Below the pieces are notes generated by a model. That model saw only the letters and a program-made list of their open reading frames with translations. It ran no database searches and was not told the DNA's origin. From Spirochaetota bacterium (GTDB lineage: Bacteria > Spirochaetota > UBA4802 > UBA5550): DNA of 64,000 nt. The position numbers and the translations under genes are program-made. The stretch spans positions 544,001 through 608,000 of the forward strand of contig OY760686.1 of assembly GCA_963663865.1 (NCBI GenBank). The letters are read 5' to 3'. How positions within the stretch are numbered: the first letter of the stretch is position 1; the number at the start of each line of letters is the position of its first letter. Positions 52,801-62,446 of the stretch are shown here, one piece after another.

Positions 52801-54150
52801 TTCAACGTTGGTTATGTTAAGGTCTCCCGATGCTGACTCCTCAAGGAAGGAGCCGGTACCGGCTGAACATGCTTCGTTCATGGCATAGTCGATGGGGACC
52901 TTGTTTTTCAGGTAAACGTACTTGGCGTCCTGTCCGCCAATCTCAAAGATGGTGTCGATGTCTGGCTTGAAATAGGTTGTTCCAACAGCGTGGGCGATTA
53001 TTTCATTGTAAACGGCCGGCGTCTCCAGAAAAACACCGAGTATTTCACGTGATGATCCGGTCGTTGAGGCGATTGATATGCTGATCTTTTCGTCGCCTAT
53101 TTGCTCCTTGAGCTGCTTTTTTACTTCCACAAGGCAGTTTTTAAGGGCGGCAACAGGATCGCCATGCGTGCGGCCGTAGTGGGCAGCAACTATCTCTTCT
53201 GTTTCAATGTCGATGAGGGCGACTTTTGTAGTCGTTGAGCCGCCGTCCACGCCGAGAATATATTCACCGCCTGCTCTGGCTTTGCCGCGTCTGGGTTCAA
53301 GATAGGTGACTTTACCTTCGGCTGTTGTGAGAGACGGCAGTCTTGAGAAGCCGGCGTTGTTGGGTTTGTATCTTTTTGATTCATCGGGAAGAGTGCTGCC
53401 GGCTTCCTTTGCAAGAATCGCTGCGCCAAGGGCTTCAAAGTATGAAGCTTCTTCCGGGATGATGAAGTTTACTTCAGGGAGCTTTTCTTTTACGTACTGA
53501 ATGATGTACTTATTTCTTGTTACTCCGCCCGCGAGAATTACAGAGCCTTTCTCTATGTGAGCTCTTCGGAGGAAGTCAACTACCTTTGTGGCCATGACAT
53601 CGCTGAGCGACAGAACTATGTCATCTTTTGTGGCTTCGCCTTTGTTGAGTTTGTGCGTACAGTCGCTCTTCATAAAAACGGAGCAGCGAGATGAAAGCTT
53701 ATGGACTTTTGATCCTTCTGCTACCGAGCTAACGTCAGTGAGTTTCATGTTCATTCGGCCGAGCTGCTGCTTGAAAAATTCGCCTGTTCCTGACGCGCAT
53801 TTATTGCCGGAGAAGCTGGTAATGATTTTCCCGTCTGAATCAATGGTATAAACAACAAAGTTTTCACCGCCAAGAGAGACGACAGCACGGGCGTCATATT
53901 TAAGCGCTTTTAGTGATTCTTCAATACAGACTGATTCAAGAACATTGTTGATATTAATCAGATAACGGCCCTCAGTTCCAGTCGCAAGACATTTTGTGTC
54001 AGATGGTATGTCCGCCCTGCTCAGAAGTGACTTTAGCTTGTCGAAGAAATTTCCTTCATGGTCAAGGACTTCCTTCCAGACGATTTTGTCATCTTCCAGC
54101 ATGACCGCCTTAATGCTTGATGAACCTATATTGATTCCAAGACTGCGCAT
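49840..54150 (-). CDS. CoA-substrate-specific enzyme activase (tandem BadF/BadG/BcrA/BcrD ATPase domains plus DUF2229)
   Basis: KCASGTG/CSVF, GVDGGSTTTK, EIGGQDAK, ACSAGTG/CSAF, LLGRPYN, SCAPDS. Confidence 0.9.
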   Translation of the reverse strand: MRSLGINIGSSSIKAVMLEDDKIVWKEVLDHEGNFFDKLKSLLSRADIPSDTKCLATGTEGRYLININNVLESVCIEESLKALKYDARAVVSLGGENFVVYTIDSDGKIITSFSGNKCASGTGEFFKQQLGRMNMKLTDVSSVAEGSKVHKLSSRCSVFMKSDCTHKLNKGEATKDDIVLSLSDVMATKVVDFLRRAHIEKGSVILAGGVTRNKYIIQYVKEKLPEVNFIIPEEASYFEALGAAILAKEAGSTLPDESKRYKPNNAGFSRLPSLTTAEGKVTYLEPRRGKARAGGEYILGVDGGSTTTKVALIDIETEEIVAAHYGRTHGDPVAALKNCLVEVKKQLKEQIGDEKISISIASTTGSSREILGVFLETPAVYNEIIAHAVGTTYFKPDIDTIFEIGGQDAKYVYLKNKVPIDYAMNEACSAGTGSFLEESASGDLNITNVEEIGDIAVKAQAPLKFGETCSAFINSDIRKAIQHGSSREDITAGIITSIVANYLNRVVGNRSVGQNIVLQGGVAKNKAVPLAFAMLLNKNIVIPPDPELLGCFGVGILAKQKLQDGFIEKGSFDIDTILASEIVYEREFKCQACDNYCPIRVLNVNGHKYMFGGRCNKYANIRKKKVFEENSIFNYIEKRDEMLFKTFAPSTETFSKKRDFTVGIPKAFSIYTLWPLYSWFFHELGIEIALSDEIEHEGVARMESAYCFPAEIAHGAVQNIISRGFDYIFVPHFRDMPSYEKDVHANFCPITQSLPYYIKKAFPDIDESRFLAPIVSFKYGTEKALEGFYELGKSLGVSDSETRSAFNKAYAKQLEFAAAYQEMGVKALEDARKADRPVIALLGRPYNAFTKDANMGIPLKFTSRGYSIIPFDMLPFKEAKIFDNMYWYYGQQDMRAASFLKKEDNIFVTYITNFSCAPDSFMLHYVRWFMGIKPFLVLELDSHSADAGVDTRVEAFLDIIEGYRNISHGEKERFDNGLRFINNGADPLHLLDEKTGEQIPIFNNPRVKMLLANMGRLSTELMAAALRGVGVNAEALPVPDSFVLQMARNNMSGKECLPSQLVLGEALQYLMSDRYDRTEIYMVFCPTTRGPCRTGQYYIFYENLFKDMGLENVIVVTLDSENSYNELGPEFSKHMWWSVVASDYMKDIETSLRTCAVDPQTAIAKYDELWQELIDISEKDASKMVPALRRIASEISRIPLKREMAKTPKVLVVGEIYVRRDDFAVDELIMLMSKRGIIAKVSGIAEWIYYCDYTRKYELDKKYALLPFYKKLFSKTHRDIIMWHIEKMWKHHVDKKVKKALSATGLIPKTPHDMNRIMRNANTLFVTNELESEISISSGAAATALMDDYSGVVNISPFACLIGRVIEGLITPWARDNRLPVMSVEIDGEILPPNIINKLEIFMLNVLRFRSGDDVVDLIEKENEQIVTIDRKVIRS

Positions 54151-54383
54151 GATATCCTCCAAAATGCATATAAAACCGCATCATATTGTAGATTTAACTT
54201 TTAATCGGAAATGCAACAGGTAAAGCCCGCCGGAGACCGTCATTCTGGCGGGGAGCCGGTTTTGTTTCCTGTTTTTATTACTCTTTATTCATATTCAGAA
54301 TGCTGATTATATTTGTCCAGAAATATTTCAATGTTTTTAATAGCCGGCGGGGACGTAAGATTGATCACCGCCGGGACAAAGCC

Positions 54384-55598
54384 CTACCCCTCGCTTTCAG
54401 GGACGGGGACTTCCCTGAATTCACTGTGCCCCGAGTTAGCGAAAAGCGCCCAGCCGGCAGCTGAGACTACACCTGCCGAAAGCACCAGAATGCTGAAGAC
54501 AAGCGCTCTGTTCTGCCATGGGAGCGTGACAAATGACATTGAAGAAGCTCCTGTAAGCATAAAGAAGAAGTTTATCAAAGATGAAGAAGATCCGGCCCTT
54601 TTGCCGCCAATATTAAGGAGAATTCCGCTCCCGAGGGGGCGGAGAAGGCTGCATGCCAGAGATGCCGGGAAAAGGCAAATTATCAGTCCGGCCGGGCTTT
54701 TATGCCCGTACAGAATCAGTGCAATCCCTGAAAGCGTTATAACTGTGTACACAGATGTCAATAATGCCGGCATGCTTAGCCTCTTTTCCGCTTTTATGTA
54801 GAGAATCGGACCAATGATTGAGGCGGAAGCGTTTACGGCAAAGAATAATCCAAAGTCAGAGGGGCTTACCCCGAACTGTGTCATGAAAATAAGGGATGAT
54901 CCTCCGATAAAACCGAATATGATTATTGCGGGTAGCGAGAAGAGAATCAGGTTTTTTCTGAATTTGTTATTTGAGAGAATGCTGAATAAGCCCATCAAGG
55001 ACCGTGCCATCGGTTCCGACTCCTGGCGCCCGGAGGTCTCCGGAATCAGGCGGAGCCCAACTATGGAAACAAGACCAAAGCAGGCGAGGATTACGAAAAC
55101 TGTATGCCATGTTGACCAGCTTATAATAAGAGAACCCAGCGTCGGAGCGATAACGGGGGCAATTACCATAAGTGATGTCAGAAGAGCGAGCGCCTTCTTG
55201 CGTGACTGGCCTTTGAAAACATCCTGAACTATCGCAAGCGTTATTGTCGCAGGGGCGCCTGCTCCGATTGCCTGCAGAATTCGCATGGCTATCAGCATCT
55301 CAGCGTTTTGTGCAAGAGCACATCCGGCGCTTGATAAGGAGAACAATGATATTCCCGCGGCCAGGGCGGGTTTTCGGCCAGTTCTGTCTGAAATGGGGCC
55401 CCAGAGAAGCATGGAAAATGAAAAGAATACGAAGAAGAGAACCAGAGTCAGGTTCAGGTAACCCGTATCAGTGCCAAATTCTGCGGCTATGCCCTTGAGA
55501 GAGGGGAGGTACATGTCTGTTGAAAGCGGCGGATACGCGCTCATGACAACGAGCAGCAGTAGCAGCATGATTTTCTGCTTTTTGGAATGTTTATACAT
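54384..55598 (-). CDS. Bcr/CflA-family MFS drug-resistance transporter
   Basis: PLSTDMYLPSL, WGPISDRTGRKP, MRILQAIG, APVIAPTLG. Start approximate. Confidence 0.9.
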   Translation of the reverse strand: MYKHSKKQKIMLLLLLVVMSAYPPLSTDMYLPSLKGIAAEFGTDTGYLNLTLVLFFVFFSFSMLLWGPISDRTGRKPALAAGISLFSLSSAGCALAQNAEMLIAMRILQAIGAGAPATITLAIVQDVFKGQSRKKALALLTSLMVIAPVIAPTLGSLIISWSTWHTVFVILACFGLVSIVGLRLIPETSGRQESEPMARSLMGLFSILSNNKFRKNLILFSLPAIIIFGFIGGSSLIFMTQFGVSPSDFGLFFAVNASASIIGPILYIKAEKRLSMPALLTSVYTVITLSGIALILYGHKSPAGLIICLFPASLACSLLRPLGSGILLNIGGKRAGSSSSLINFFFMLTGASSMSFVTLPWQNRALVFSILVLSAGVVSAAGWALFANSGHSEFREVPVPESEG

Positions 55599-55728
55599 AA
55601 TGAAAATGTTCTCCTGGCTTTTAAAAATATTTGCTTTCACGTATAATGTTATAAGATATAAGTAGCATGGAAAATTATGGGGTATAATTGTCAAGTGTCA
55701 TTGTTGAAAAAAATATTAAAAAATAAAA

Positions 55729-55753
55729 GACTCATATTTCATTGTGAGTCGAA
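55729..55753 (+). promoter_or_regulatory. Putative AraC-type box (type 2) upstream of the IS110-derived gene
   Basis: GACTCATATTTCATTGTGAGTCGAA; 14 of 25 positions invariant with the boxes at 57165 and 59809. Confidence 0.55.
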
Positions 55754-55863
55754 CTATTACATGCAATGTGGTTCATTATTTATGATAAGTATAAAACTTA
55801 TAATGATTATAGTAAAATTATGCAGTATCATCCGCCAATAACAAGGTTGATAATAGATAATGC

Positions 55864-57003
55864 ATGATTATGGAGCTTGTAATGGATGGTGCCTGCAGGT
55901 CTGTATGCGGAATGCTAATTGATGAAAATGTTATCAAAGCATGTATTACTACCTTTGAATCAAAAGGAATAACAAAGATTAAAAAAAAGAGCTTTGATGC
56001 TAGTTGCTCAAGAATCTCAGATGTAAAAAATTGGCTTAAAACACATGAAGTGAAATCGGTAGGCGTCATATCCCCCGGTCCGAGTTGGAGGTCTGTGTGG
56101 GGGGGGCTTGAAAAAGAATTCGATCTATGCCTGACACATAAAGCTGATCTGGAGAATATTTGTTTTAATGATTATAATTGTAAAGAAGAAACTGAGATTA
56201 TAGCTGAATTAATCTATAAAGGTCAATTGAGAACAAAATACGTCCCGTCAATTTTAATTTGGGAACTCAGGGATTTAACAAGGTTAAGGTGTTCATTAGT
56301 GCATAATATTGCTTTGTTGGGTGCACAGATTCACAATACAATGCAGAAAGAGGGTGTTTTACTGCCAGAGATGGATAATGATGAAAACACAGGATTTATT
56401 AAAAAATACATTTTTAATAAATGGAAAGCAATCGAATCAAAATGGAATTGTGAGATTAGCGATCATTCAAAATTTCTTCTTAACTACTATTCGAGTTGTT
56501 TGGAAAATGAAGAAGAAAAAATAAAGTTAGTTTCGACGAGAATAGATCAAACCTTATTACCATTTAATAAGATTATTCGTAAAGTAATGATGATTCCGGG
56601 CATGTATAAAACAATTGCTCAAAATATATTGGCTGAAACTGGATTTAAAATGAATCATTTTTCATCACCGGAGGAATTAGCTGCCTGGGCGGGGGTATTT
56701 ACTAATAAAAATAAAGAAAATAATATGACAGGAAAAAATGGGAAGACCGGCCGGGATTGGATTCGAAAATTTCTTAAAGAAGCATCTATATCTATAGTAA
56801 ATGTAAGAAAATCTGAACTGTCAGCATACTATAATAAACTTCTTCCACGTTTTGGAATTAGAGCCTCTATGAAGAGAATTGAATACTCAATATTATATTT
56901 TATTTACATGATTATAGAAAACGACAGGTGTTATAGCGAACTAATCAATGAATTTTTAAAAAAAGAAGAAGAATATTTCAAAAACAAAGATCATGTGAGG
57001 TAA
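55864..57003 (+). CDS. Second IS110-family transposase-derived protein, catalytic residues apparently lost
   Basis: WLKTHEVKSVGV, WELRDLTRLR, IPGM..ILAETG..F.S...LAAWAG retained; catalytic positions substituted; ORF intact. Confidence 0.8.
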   Translation: MIMELVMDGACRSVCGMLIDENVIKACITTFESKGITKIKKKSFDASCSRISDVKNWLKTHEVKSVGVISPGPSWRSVWGGLEKEFDLCLTHKADLENICFNDYNCKEETEIIAELIYKGQLRTKYVPSILIWELRDLTRLRCSLVHNIALLGAQIHNTMQKEGVLLPEMDNDENTGFIKKYIFNKWKAIESKWNCEISDHSKFLLNYYSSCLENEEEKIKLVSTRIDQTLLPFNKIIRKVMMIPGMYKTIAQNILAETGFKMNHFSSPEELAAWAGVFTNKNKENNMTGKNGKTGRDWIRKFLKEASISIVNVRKSELSAYYNKLLPRFGIRASMKRIEYSILYFIYMIIENDRCYSELINEFLKKEEEYFKNKDHVR

Positions 57004-57164
57004 CATATTATTGATATTTTTTTAAAATCGTTTCAATTACAATTCTAAGCTGAAAAGATATTTTAATCCAGGCTGTATATCTGCATAGTAGCCGCATTCC
57101 TTTAGTTTATCTATTCTCCATCTCCTTGAACCAGTTTCCGAATAATCTCTGATTAAAAAAATGA

Positions 57165-57189
57165 GTCTTATAATGCATCATGAATCGAC
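57165..57189 (+). promoter_or_regulatory. Putative AraC-type box (type 2) upstream of GH3
   Basis: GTCTTATAATGCATCATGAATCGAC. Confidence 0.55.
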
Positions 57190-57425
57190 TTCGGTATTAT
57201 TTGAAGATCTAATTAGTCAATTAAATGCACAATAATAATCAATGTATAAGGGGGGCTATTAATTGTGAAATTTTAAGTTCAGATTATTTGTTAATTCAAC
57301 AGGGACAGTAGTTTAAAAAAAGTTCGAGGAGGGAATAAAGGGAAAATCTAAAGTTAGCAAATTGTGAATAACACATACTGAGTTGTTAATTTGTATGAAT
57401 ATTAATAGTAAAGGAGATCAATAAT

Positions 57426-59546
57426 ATGTTTATTAATACCCTAAAGAGGATTCTGGTCCTGGCTCTATTTATTTCAGTTATAGCAGTTGTGACAGGGTGT
57501 GGAGATTCGGATGACGGAAAATCTGTGACTCAGCCTGATCTGGGATACCGAAACTCTACTATTCTGGATGTTGATGGGTTTCAGTTTAAAGATCTTAACA
57601 AAAACGGAGTGTTAGACGCATACGAAGACTGGCGACTTCCCGCTGAAGACAGAGTAAGCAATCTTTTATCCCTAATGTCGATTGAGGAGAAAGCCGGACT
57701 ATTTTGTGCGCCTCAAACCTCAATGGGTGGAACTTTGGAGGCCGTCATTGATACTTATAAAACGTTAACCGAACAAAATTTGAGAACAAGAATTATCGGA
57801 ATGTCAAATTTTAAGCCCAATGTCCGTGCTCAGGCAAACAACCTTATTCAGGAAATGGGTGAAGAGAGCAGGCTGGGTATTCCATGGCTCAACATGTCAG
57901 ATCCGACTTTAGCAGCCGGTGCTGATTATGGACAGGGTTCCACTGTAGGCGAAGGAGCCGGCGGGATGGCAGACTTTTCTATTTGGCCGGCTAAACTCTC
58001 ATCAACCTCAGCTTATGATGTTGAGCATGTCAGAAAGTGGGCAAAGGCCTCACATGAGGCATGGCTTGCTATTGGAGTCAGAGTGTTCCTCGGACCTCAA
58101 ATCGATCTTCCGACGGAACCTCGCTGGGGAAGAAATACCAGTACCTTTGGTACTGATGTAGAGATGGCTTCCGCAATGACTGCTGAATGGATAAAAGTAT
58201 TTCAGCCAAATGGGAAGGAGCTTGGAAAGGATGCAATTGTGTGTGTTATGAAACACTGGCCGGGTGAAGGACCTCAAGAGGGAGGATATGATGGTCATGT
58301 TGCTGCTGGAAAGTGGGCAATTTATCCAGGAAATAATTTTGATTATCACCTTAAACCGTTCATTGCCGGATTTGAGGCTGGTGGTATTTCCTGTATGACA
58401 TATTACCCAATTCCGGCATCTGGAAACTGGACAGCAGCTGATGGAGTTATAGACGGACGGACAATTGAACAGGTCGGGGCAGGGTTTAACGCTGAACTTA
58501 TGACAAAAATGTGGAAAGAGCATTACGGCTATGATTATACATGGTTTGTTTCAGACTGGATGATTTTTGAGAATAGTCCGCTTGTTGACCCAAGTGTTTT
58601 TATGGGAGCGTGTCATGGAACTGAAGTGCTGACTCACGAACAGCGTGTTGCAAAGTCTATACTTGCCGGTCTGAATATTTTCGGCGGTACAGAAGACCCT
58701 TCCTGGTTTGTTGGTGCTTACAATGAAGGACTTGTCGCTGAGGAAGATATTAACTATACAGTCGGAAGAACTCTGGAAATAATGTTCAAACTCGGTCTGT
58801 TCGAAAATCCATATGTTGACGAAAATGCAGCAGCAGAAGCTTTCGCAAAACAGGAATACTGGGATCAGGGTGCCGCGGCAATGGCTAAATCTCAGGTTTT
58901 AATAAAAAATAAAGAAAATCTTGTTCCGTTAGATGAAGGAAAGAAAATATTTCTTTATGGATCTGATTTTAGATCTTCTGACGAAGGTGCTGATGTAAAT
59001 TCACAAATTCTTGATGTCGCAGAAGATTACGGAGATGTAATTAATGATAATGATGAGTATGGCAGCGATGATGAAAAAATTATAGCTGCTGATTATGTTA
59101 TACTCAGGATTACATCGCCTAAATGGTATAGCGCGATGGCTCCATTTCCCCTTTCGAGGGATGAGGTTCAATATAGTCAATATATAAACCATAACGGAGT
59201 TAAATGCTATAATTATGACAATACTCTGGGTGCTGTTGATCATGTTGTAGAGGTTCTTAATACTGCAGGAAATCCCAACAACACTAAAGTTATTGTCCAG
59301 GCTTCAATATCGACTGTAGTTATAACGGAAATCACCGCTTTGTCTGATGCGTGTGCTGTTGATTTCGGTGGAATCCCAGATCGCTATGTGTTCAACAATC
59401 TTTTCGGGCGTTCACATTATTCAGGTAAACTGCCCGTAGGACTTCCTGACTCGGATGATCTGGTTCAAAACGGATATGCTGATATCCCCGATGACGATAG
59501 TGTAATATATCGCAGAGGGTATGGATTAACCACAAGCGCAAAATGA
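57426..59546 (+). CDS. GH3 beta-glycosidase lipoprotein
   Basis: Lipobox VTG-C, FKDLNKNGVLDAYEDWRL, EPRWGR, KHWPGEG, VSDW, GLFENPY. Confidence 0.92.
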   Translation: MFINTLKRILVLALFISVIAVVTGCGDSDDGKSVTQPDLGYRNSTILDVDGFQFKDLNKNGVLDAYEDWRLPAEDRVSNLLSLMSIEEKAGLFCAPQTSMGGTLEAVIDTYKTLTEQNLRTRIIGMSNFKPNVRAQANNLIQEMGEESRLGIPWLNMSDPTLAAGADYGQGSTVGEGAGGMADFSIWPAKLSSTSAYDVEHVRKWAKASHEAWLAIGVRVFLGPQIDLPTEPRWGRNTSTFGTDVEMASAMTAEWIKVFQPNGKELGKDAIVCVMKHWPGEGPQEGGYDGHVAAGKWAIYPGNNFDYHLKPFIAGFEAGGISCMTYYPIPASGNWTAADGVIDGRTIEQVGAGFNAELMTKMWKEHYGYDYTWFVSDWMIFENSPLVDPSVFMGACHGTEVLTHEQRVAKSILAGLNIFGGTEDPSWFVGAYNEGLVAEEDINYTVGRTLEIMFKLGLFENPYVDENAAAEAFAKQEYWDQGAAAMAKSQVLIKNKENLVPLDEGKKIFLYGSDFRSSDEGADVNSQILDVAEDYGDVINDNDEYGSDDEKIIAADYVILRITSPKWYSAMAPFPLSRDEVQYSQYINHNGVKCYNYDNTLGAVDHVVEVLNTAGNPNNTKVIVQASISTVVITEITALSDACAVDFGGIPDRYVFNNLFGRSHYSGKLPVGLPDSDDLVQNGYADIPDDDSVIYRRGYGLTTSAK

Positions 59547-59570
59547 TGTATAGTTTTGGGATGATTTATT

Positions 59571-59683
59571 GGGTGACATGATGAATTGATGAACATGCAT
59601 TATGTCACTCATATAGCTGCCAAAAAACAGTGTTGTAATATGAATCTCAGCTCAAAGATTATTATAAAGAGCTGAGATTCATA
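59571..59683. terminator. Two tandem hairpins after GH3 (terminator or RNA-stability elements)
   Basis: GGGTGACATGATG/CATTATGTCACTC and perfect 15-bp TATGAATCTCAGCTC/GAGCTGAGATTCATA. Confidence 0.5.
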
Positions 59684-59808
59684 AATAAATGTAGCTTATA
59701 ATCTGGACTCTCCGAGCAAAACCTCACCCCACCTCAGCTTTGTTATAAAGAGAAGTTTCCGAGCGTATCCTAGAAAACGGGATGTATTCAATTCATTCTA
59801 AAATATGT

Positions 59809-59833
59809 GTCTCAAGTTGCATCGTGAAGCGAA
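59809..59833 (+). promoter_or_regulatory. Putative AraC-type box (type 2) upstream of GH3
   Basis: GTCTCAAGTTGCATCGTGAAGCGAA. Confidence 0.55.
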
Positions 59834-60106
59834 ATCGTTGTGAATTCATGACTTAATCAGGTGTTAATCTTTAATGTATCTATTGATGCAAGGTCTTTTT
59901 CAATCAAGCTGCAGGCACAGGTGCTCTCGACACCTGTCTGATATAGCGTTGGATTGTAAGGTATAAACTGTAAAGAACAAAGTTATAGCATATAAATAAT
60001 ATATGGGGTTGTGAGCATGACCTGTTTTATAAAATAGAACCGGCATCACTTTGTCCCAATATATATTTATATAGATATCAACATATTTTTAGGAGGGTCA
60101 TTGATA

Positions 60107-62254
60107 ATGATCAAAAAAGTAATTTCAGTTGTTACGCTGATTACAGCTGTCTGTGCATTTATGGGATGCGACGGTGATGGTGGATCGGAGAAAAAAGAGA
60201 CCAGTGATGAATGTGTCAGTATCTATTGTAAAGACGGAGAACTGGTGCAGCCTGTTATAAAGGTTGCTTCAGAACTTGAATCAGGGGTTCAGGTAAGCCT
60301 TTCAGCCGACTTGATGAAATCAAAAACTGTTATTGAGGTTGATGGATGGAGATTTAAGGACTCTAATGGTAATGGAGTTCTTGATGATTATGAAGATTGG
60401 CGCCTTTCCGCCAAGGAAAGAGCAACCGCTCTGGTCAATATGGAGGACTTCACCCTTGAACAAAAAACTGCATTGCTTGGTATAGGCGGCGGTTCAATGA
60501 GTGATGATGGCTCAGTGACTGCGGAAAATACACAGGGAATAGAAATACAGGAAGGTGTCAGGTTTGCTCTCTTGAGGATGATGGGCGGTTTCGGAACAGC
60601 AAAGTCTCCTGAGAATGTTGCTCTGTGGATGAATAACACACAGGCGTATTGTGAAAGCTCGTCACACGGACTCTGCTTTGTAATGTGGTGCGACCCGGAG
60701 AGCTATCAGGGAGGAGAGTCCGACACATGGACCAGAAACTTCCCAAGTCCAATGGGAATGGTTGCTACAAATGATCCTAATGTTGCACGTCAATACGCGG
60801 ATTGTGTTAGAGAAGAATATATGGCTGTCGGGATGAGGGGACAGTATGGCCCACTGGCGGACTGTGCAACCGAACCGAGGTGGACACGCTGGGAAACAGC
60901 TTTTGGTGACGCTCCAGAGGTTACCGCTGAATACACAAGACAGGTAATAAAAGGCTTTCAGAATGACGGGGATACAGCGAATGGTATAGCTGCGATTATG
61001 AAGCATTTTCCGGGACACGGTCCGCAGCAGGATGGAGAAGATCCTCATCAGAGCATGATGGGCGGAACAGATTACAGGGGAGAATTCCTTGTTTATCCAG
61101 GCGGACAATTTGAGAGCCATCTGATTCCATTTAAAGCGGCTATTGAAGAAGGAGCTATGGGTTGTATGCCATGTTATGCCGCGACGATTGGAATTGGTGA
61201 TCCAGAGCAAGTATCTTCGTGTTACAGTACATTTCTCATTAATGATCTGCTTCGAGATGAGCTCGGATTTGATGGCATGATAACTGCAGATTGGGGTGCA
61301 ACTGGTAATGACGCTTTTGGAATGAAGGGGCTGCCAATGAGCTACTATTGTGCAAAGTTCCTTGAAGCAGGTTCAGACCAGCTGGACAATGATGGTGCTC
61401 TGATGAAAACTGCGTACGAAGAAGGATTCATATCAATGGATCAGATTAACGTATCGGCTATCAGATGTGTAGAATTCATTATGAAGTTGGGATTGATGGA
61501 GAATCCGTATGTTGATGTTACTGCGGCAGTGTCAAAGCTTAGAACAGAAAAAAATGTCACTAACGCTAAAAATGCTCAGAAAAAATCGATTGTGCTTCTG
61601 AAAAATGAAACAAAAAATGACAGCGTTTCTTTGCCATTCTATAATGACGGAGATACTTATTCAAAAACACTGCAGGACCAGAATGGAGACGGACTTGTTA
61701 AGATATGGTATAATGGTACAGATCCAACAAGTACAGTTCTTCAGGATACTCAATATGTAGAAAACAGCGGTGTAACAAACATTTCCTTCACGGCTGATCT
61801 TTCTGAAGCTGATTTCGCAGTAGCGCGTTTCCAATCTGTTAACAACACAAAGAACGGTATACAGGATTTAAGATTTACTTCAATGCCTTCAAAACTTCAG
61901 TCGGCGATTGAAGCTCAGGCAACAAACACAAATTTAAAGATTATTGCTGTTATGGAAATGGGCGATGCTTCAATAATAGCCGGAGGAGAGGGAGGAATTG
62001 ACGTTTTAACCCCCTGCGATGCTTTCCTCGTTGATTTCAGCGCAAGCGATACTGAGTTGCTGGAAGTGTTGTTCAAGATAGATTTTGAAGATTTCACAAG
62101 CTCTCTTCCAACTGAGATTTGTTCATCGCAGGCGGCAGCTGAGGAGCAATTTGAAGATGTAGGATCAGATTCTTTTGATCCGACCTTCGCCAGAGGATTC
62201 GGAAAAACATATTCCGGAACGCAATCAAGCGGCGGCGGTGGATGGCCATTTTAA
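60107..62254 (+). CDS. GH3 beta-glycosidase lipoprotein
   Basis: Lipobox FMG-C, FKDSNGNGVLDDYEDWRL, EPRWTR, KHFPGHG, TADW. Confidence 0.92.
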   Translation: MIKKVISVVTLITAVCAFMGCDGDGGSEKKETSDECVSIYCKDGELVQPVIKVASELESGVQVSLSADLMKSKTVIEVDGWRFKDSNGNGVLDDYEDWRLSAKERATALVNMEDFTLEQKTALLGIGGGSMSDDGSVTAENTQGIEIQEGVRFALLRMMGGFGTAKSPENVALWMNNTQAYCESSSHGLCFVMWCDPESYQGGESDTWTRNFPSPMGMVATNDPNVARQYADCVREEYMAVGMRGQYGPLADCATEPRWTRWETAFGDAPEVTAEYTRQVIKGFQNDGDTANGIAAIMKHFPGHGPQQDGEDPHQSMMGGTDYRGEFLVYPGGQFESHLIPFKAAIEEGAMGCMPCYAATIGIGDPEQVSSCYSTFLINDLLRDELGFDGMITADWGATGNDAFGMKGLPMSYYCAKFLEAGSDQLDNDGALMKTAYEEGFISMDQINVSAIRCVEFIMKLGLMENPYVDVTAAVSKLRTEKNVTNAKNAQKKSIVLLKNETKNDSVSLPFYNDGDTYSKTLQDQNGDGLVKIWYNGTDPTSTVLQDTQYVENSGVTNISFTADLSEADFAVARFQSVNNTKNGIQDLRFTSMPSKLQSAIEAQATNTNLKIIAVMEMGDASIIAGGEGGIDVLTPCDAFLVDFSASDTELLEVLFKIDFEDFTSSLPTEICSSQAAAEEQFEDVGSDSFDPTFARGFGKTYSGTQSSGGGGWPF

Positions 62255-62284
62255 GTAGTATGTTTAACAAAAAGAATTACTAAA

Positions 62285-62333
62285 TAATAATAAAAAGGCA
62301 TCCGCTTATATTGTGGATGCCTTTTTATTATTA
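62285..62333. terminator. Bidirectional intrinsic terminator
   Basis: TAATAATAAAAAGGCATCCGC-loop-GTGGATGCCTTTTTATTATTA between convergent genes. Confidence 0.88.
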
Positions 62334-62446
62334 ACGCAGATTTTATTTAAGGATGTTTAGTTGATAATAACTATACGTTTCAATAATAAATAACTTTGTA
62401 GTTGAAGATTGGGATATGTTTAAACATTGCTTAATAAATTATAACA

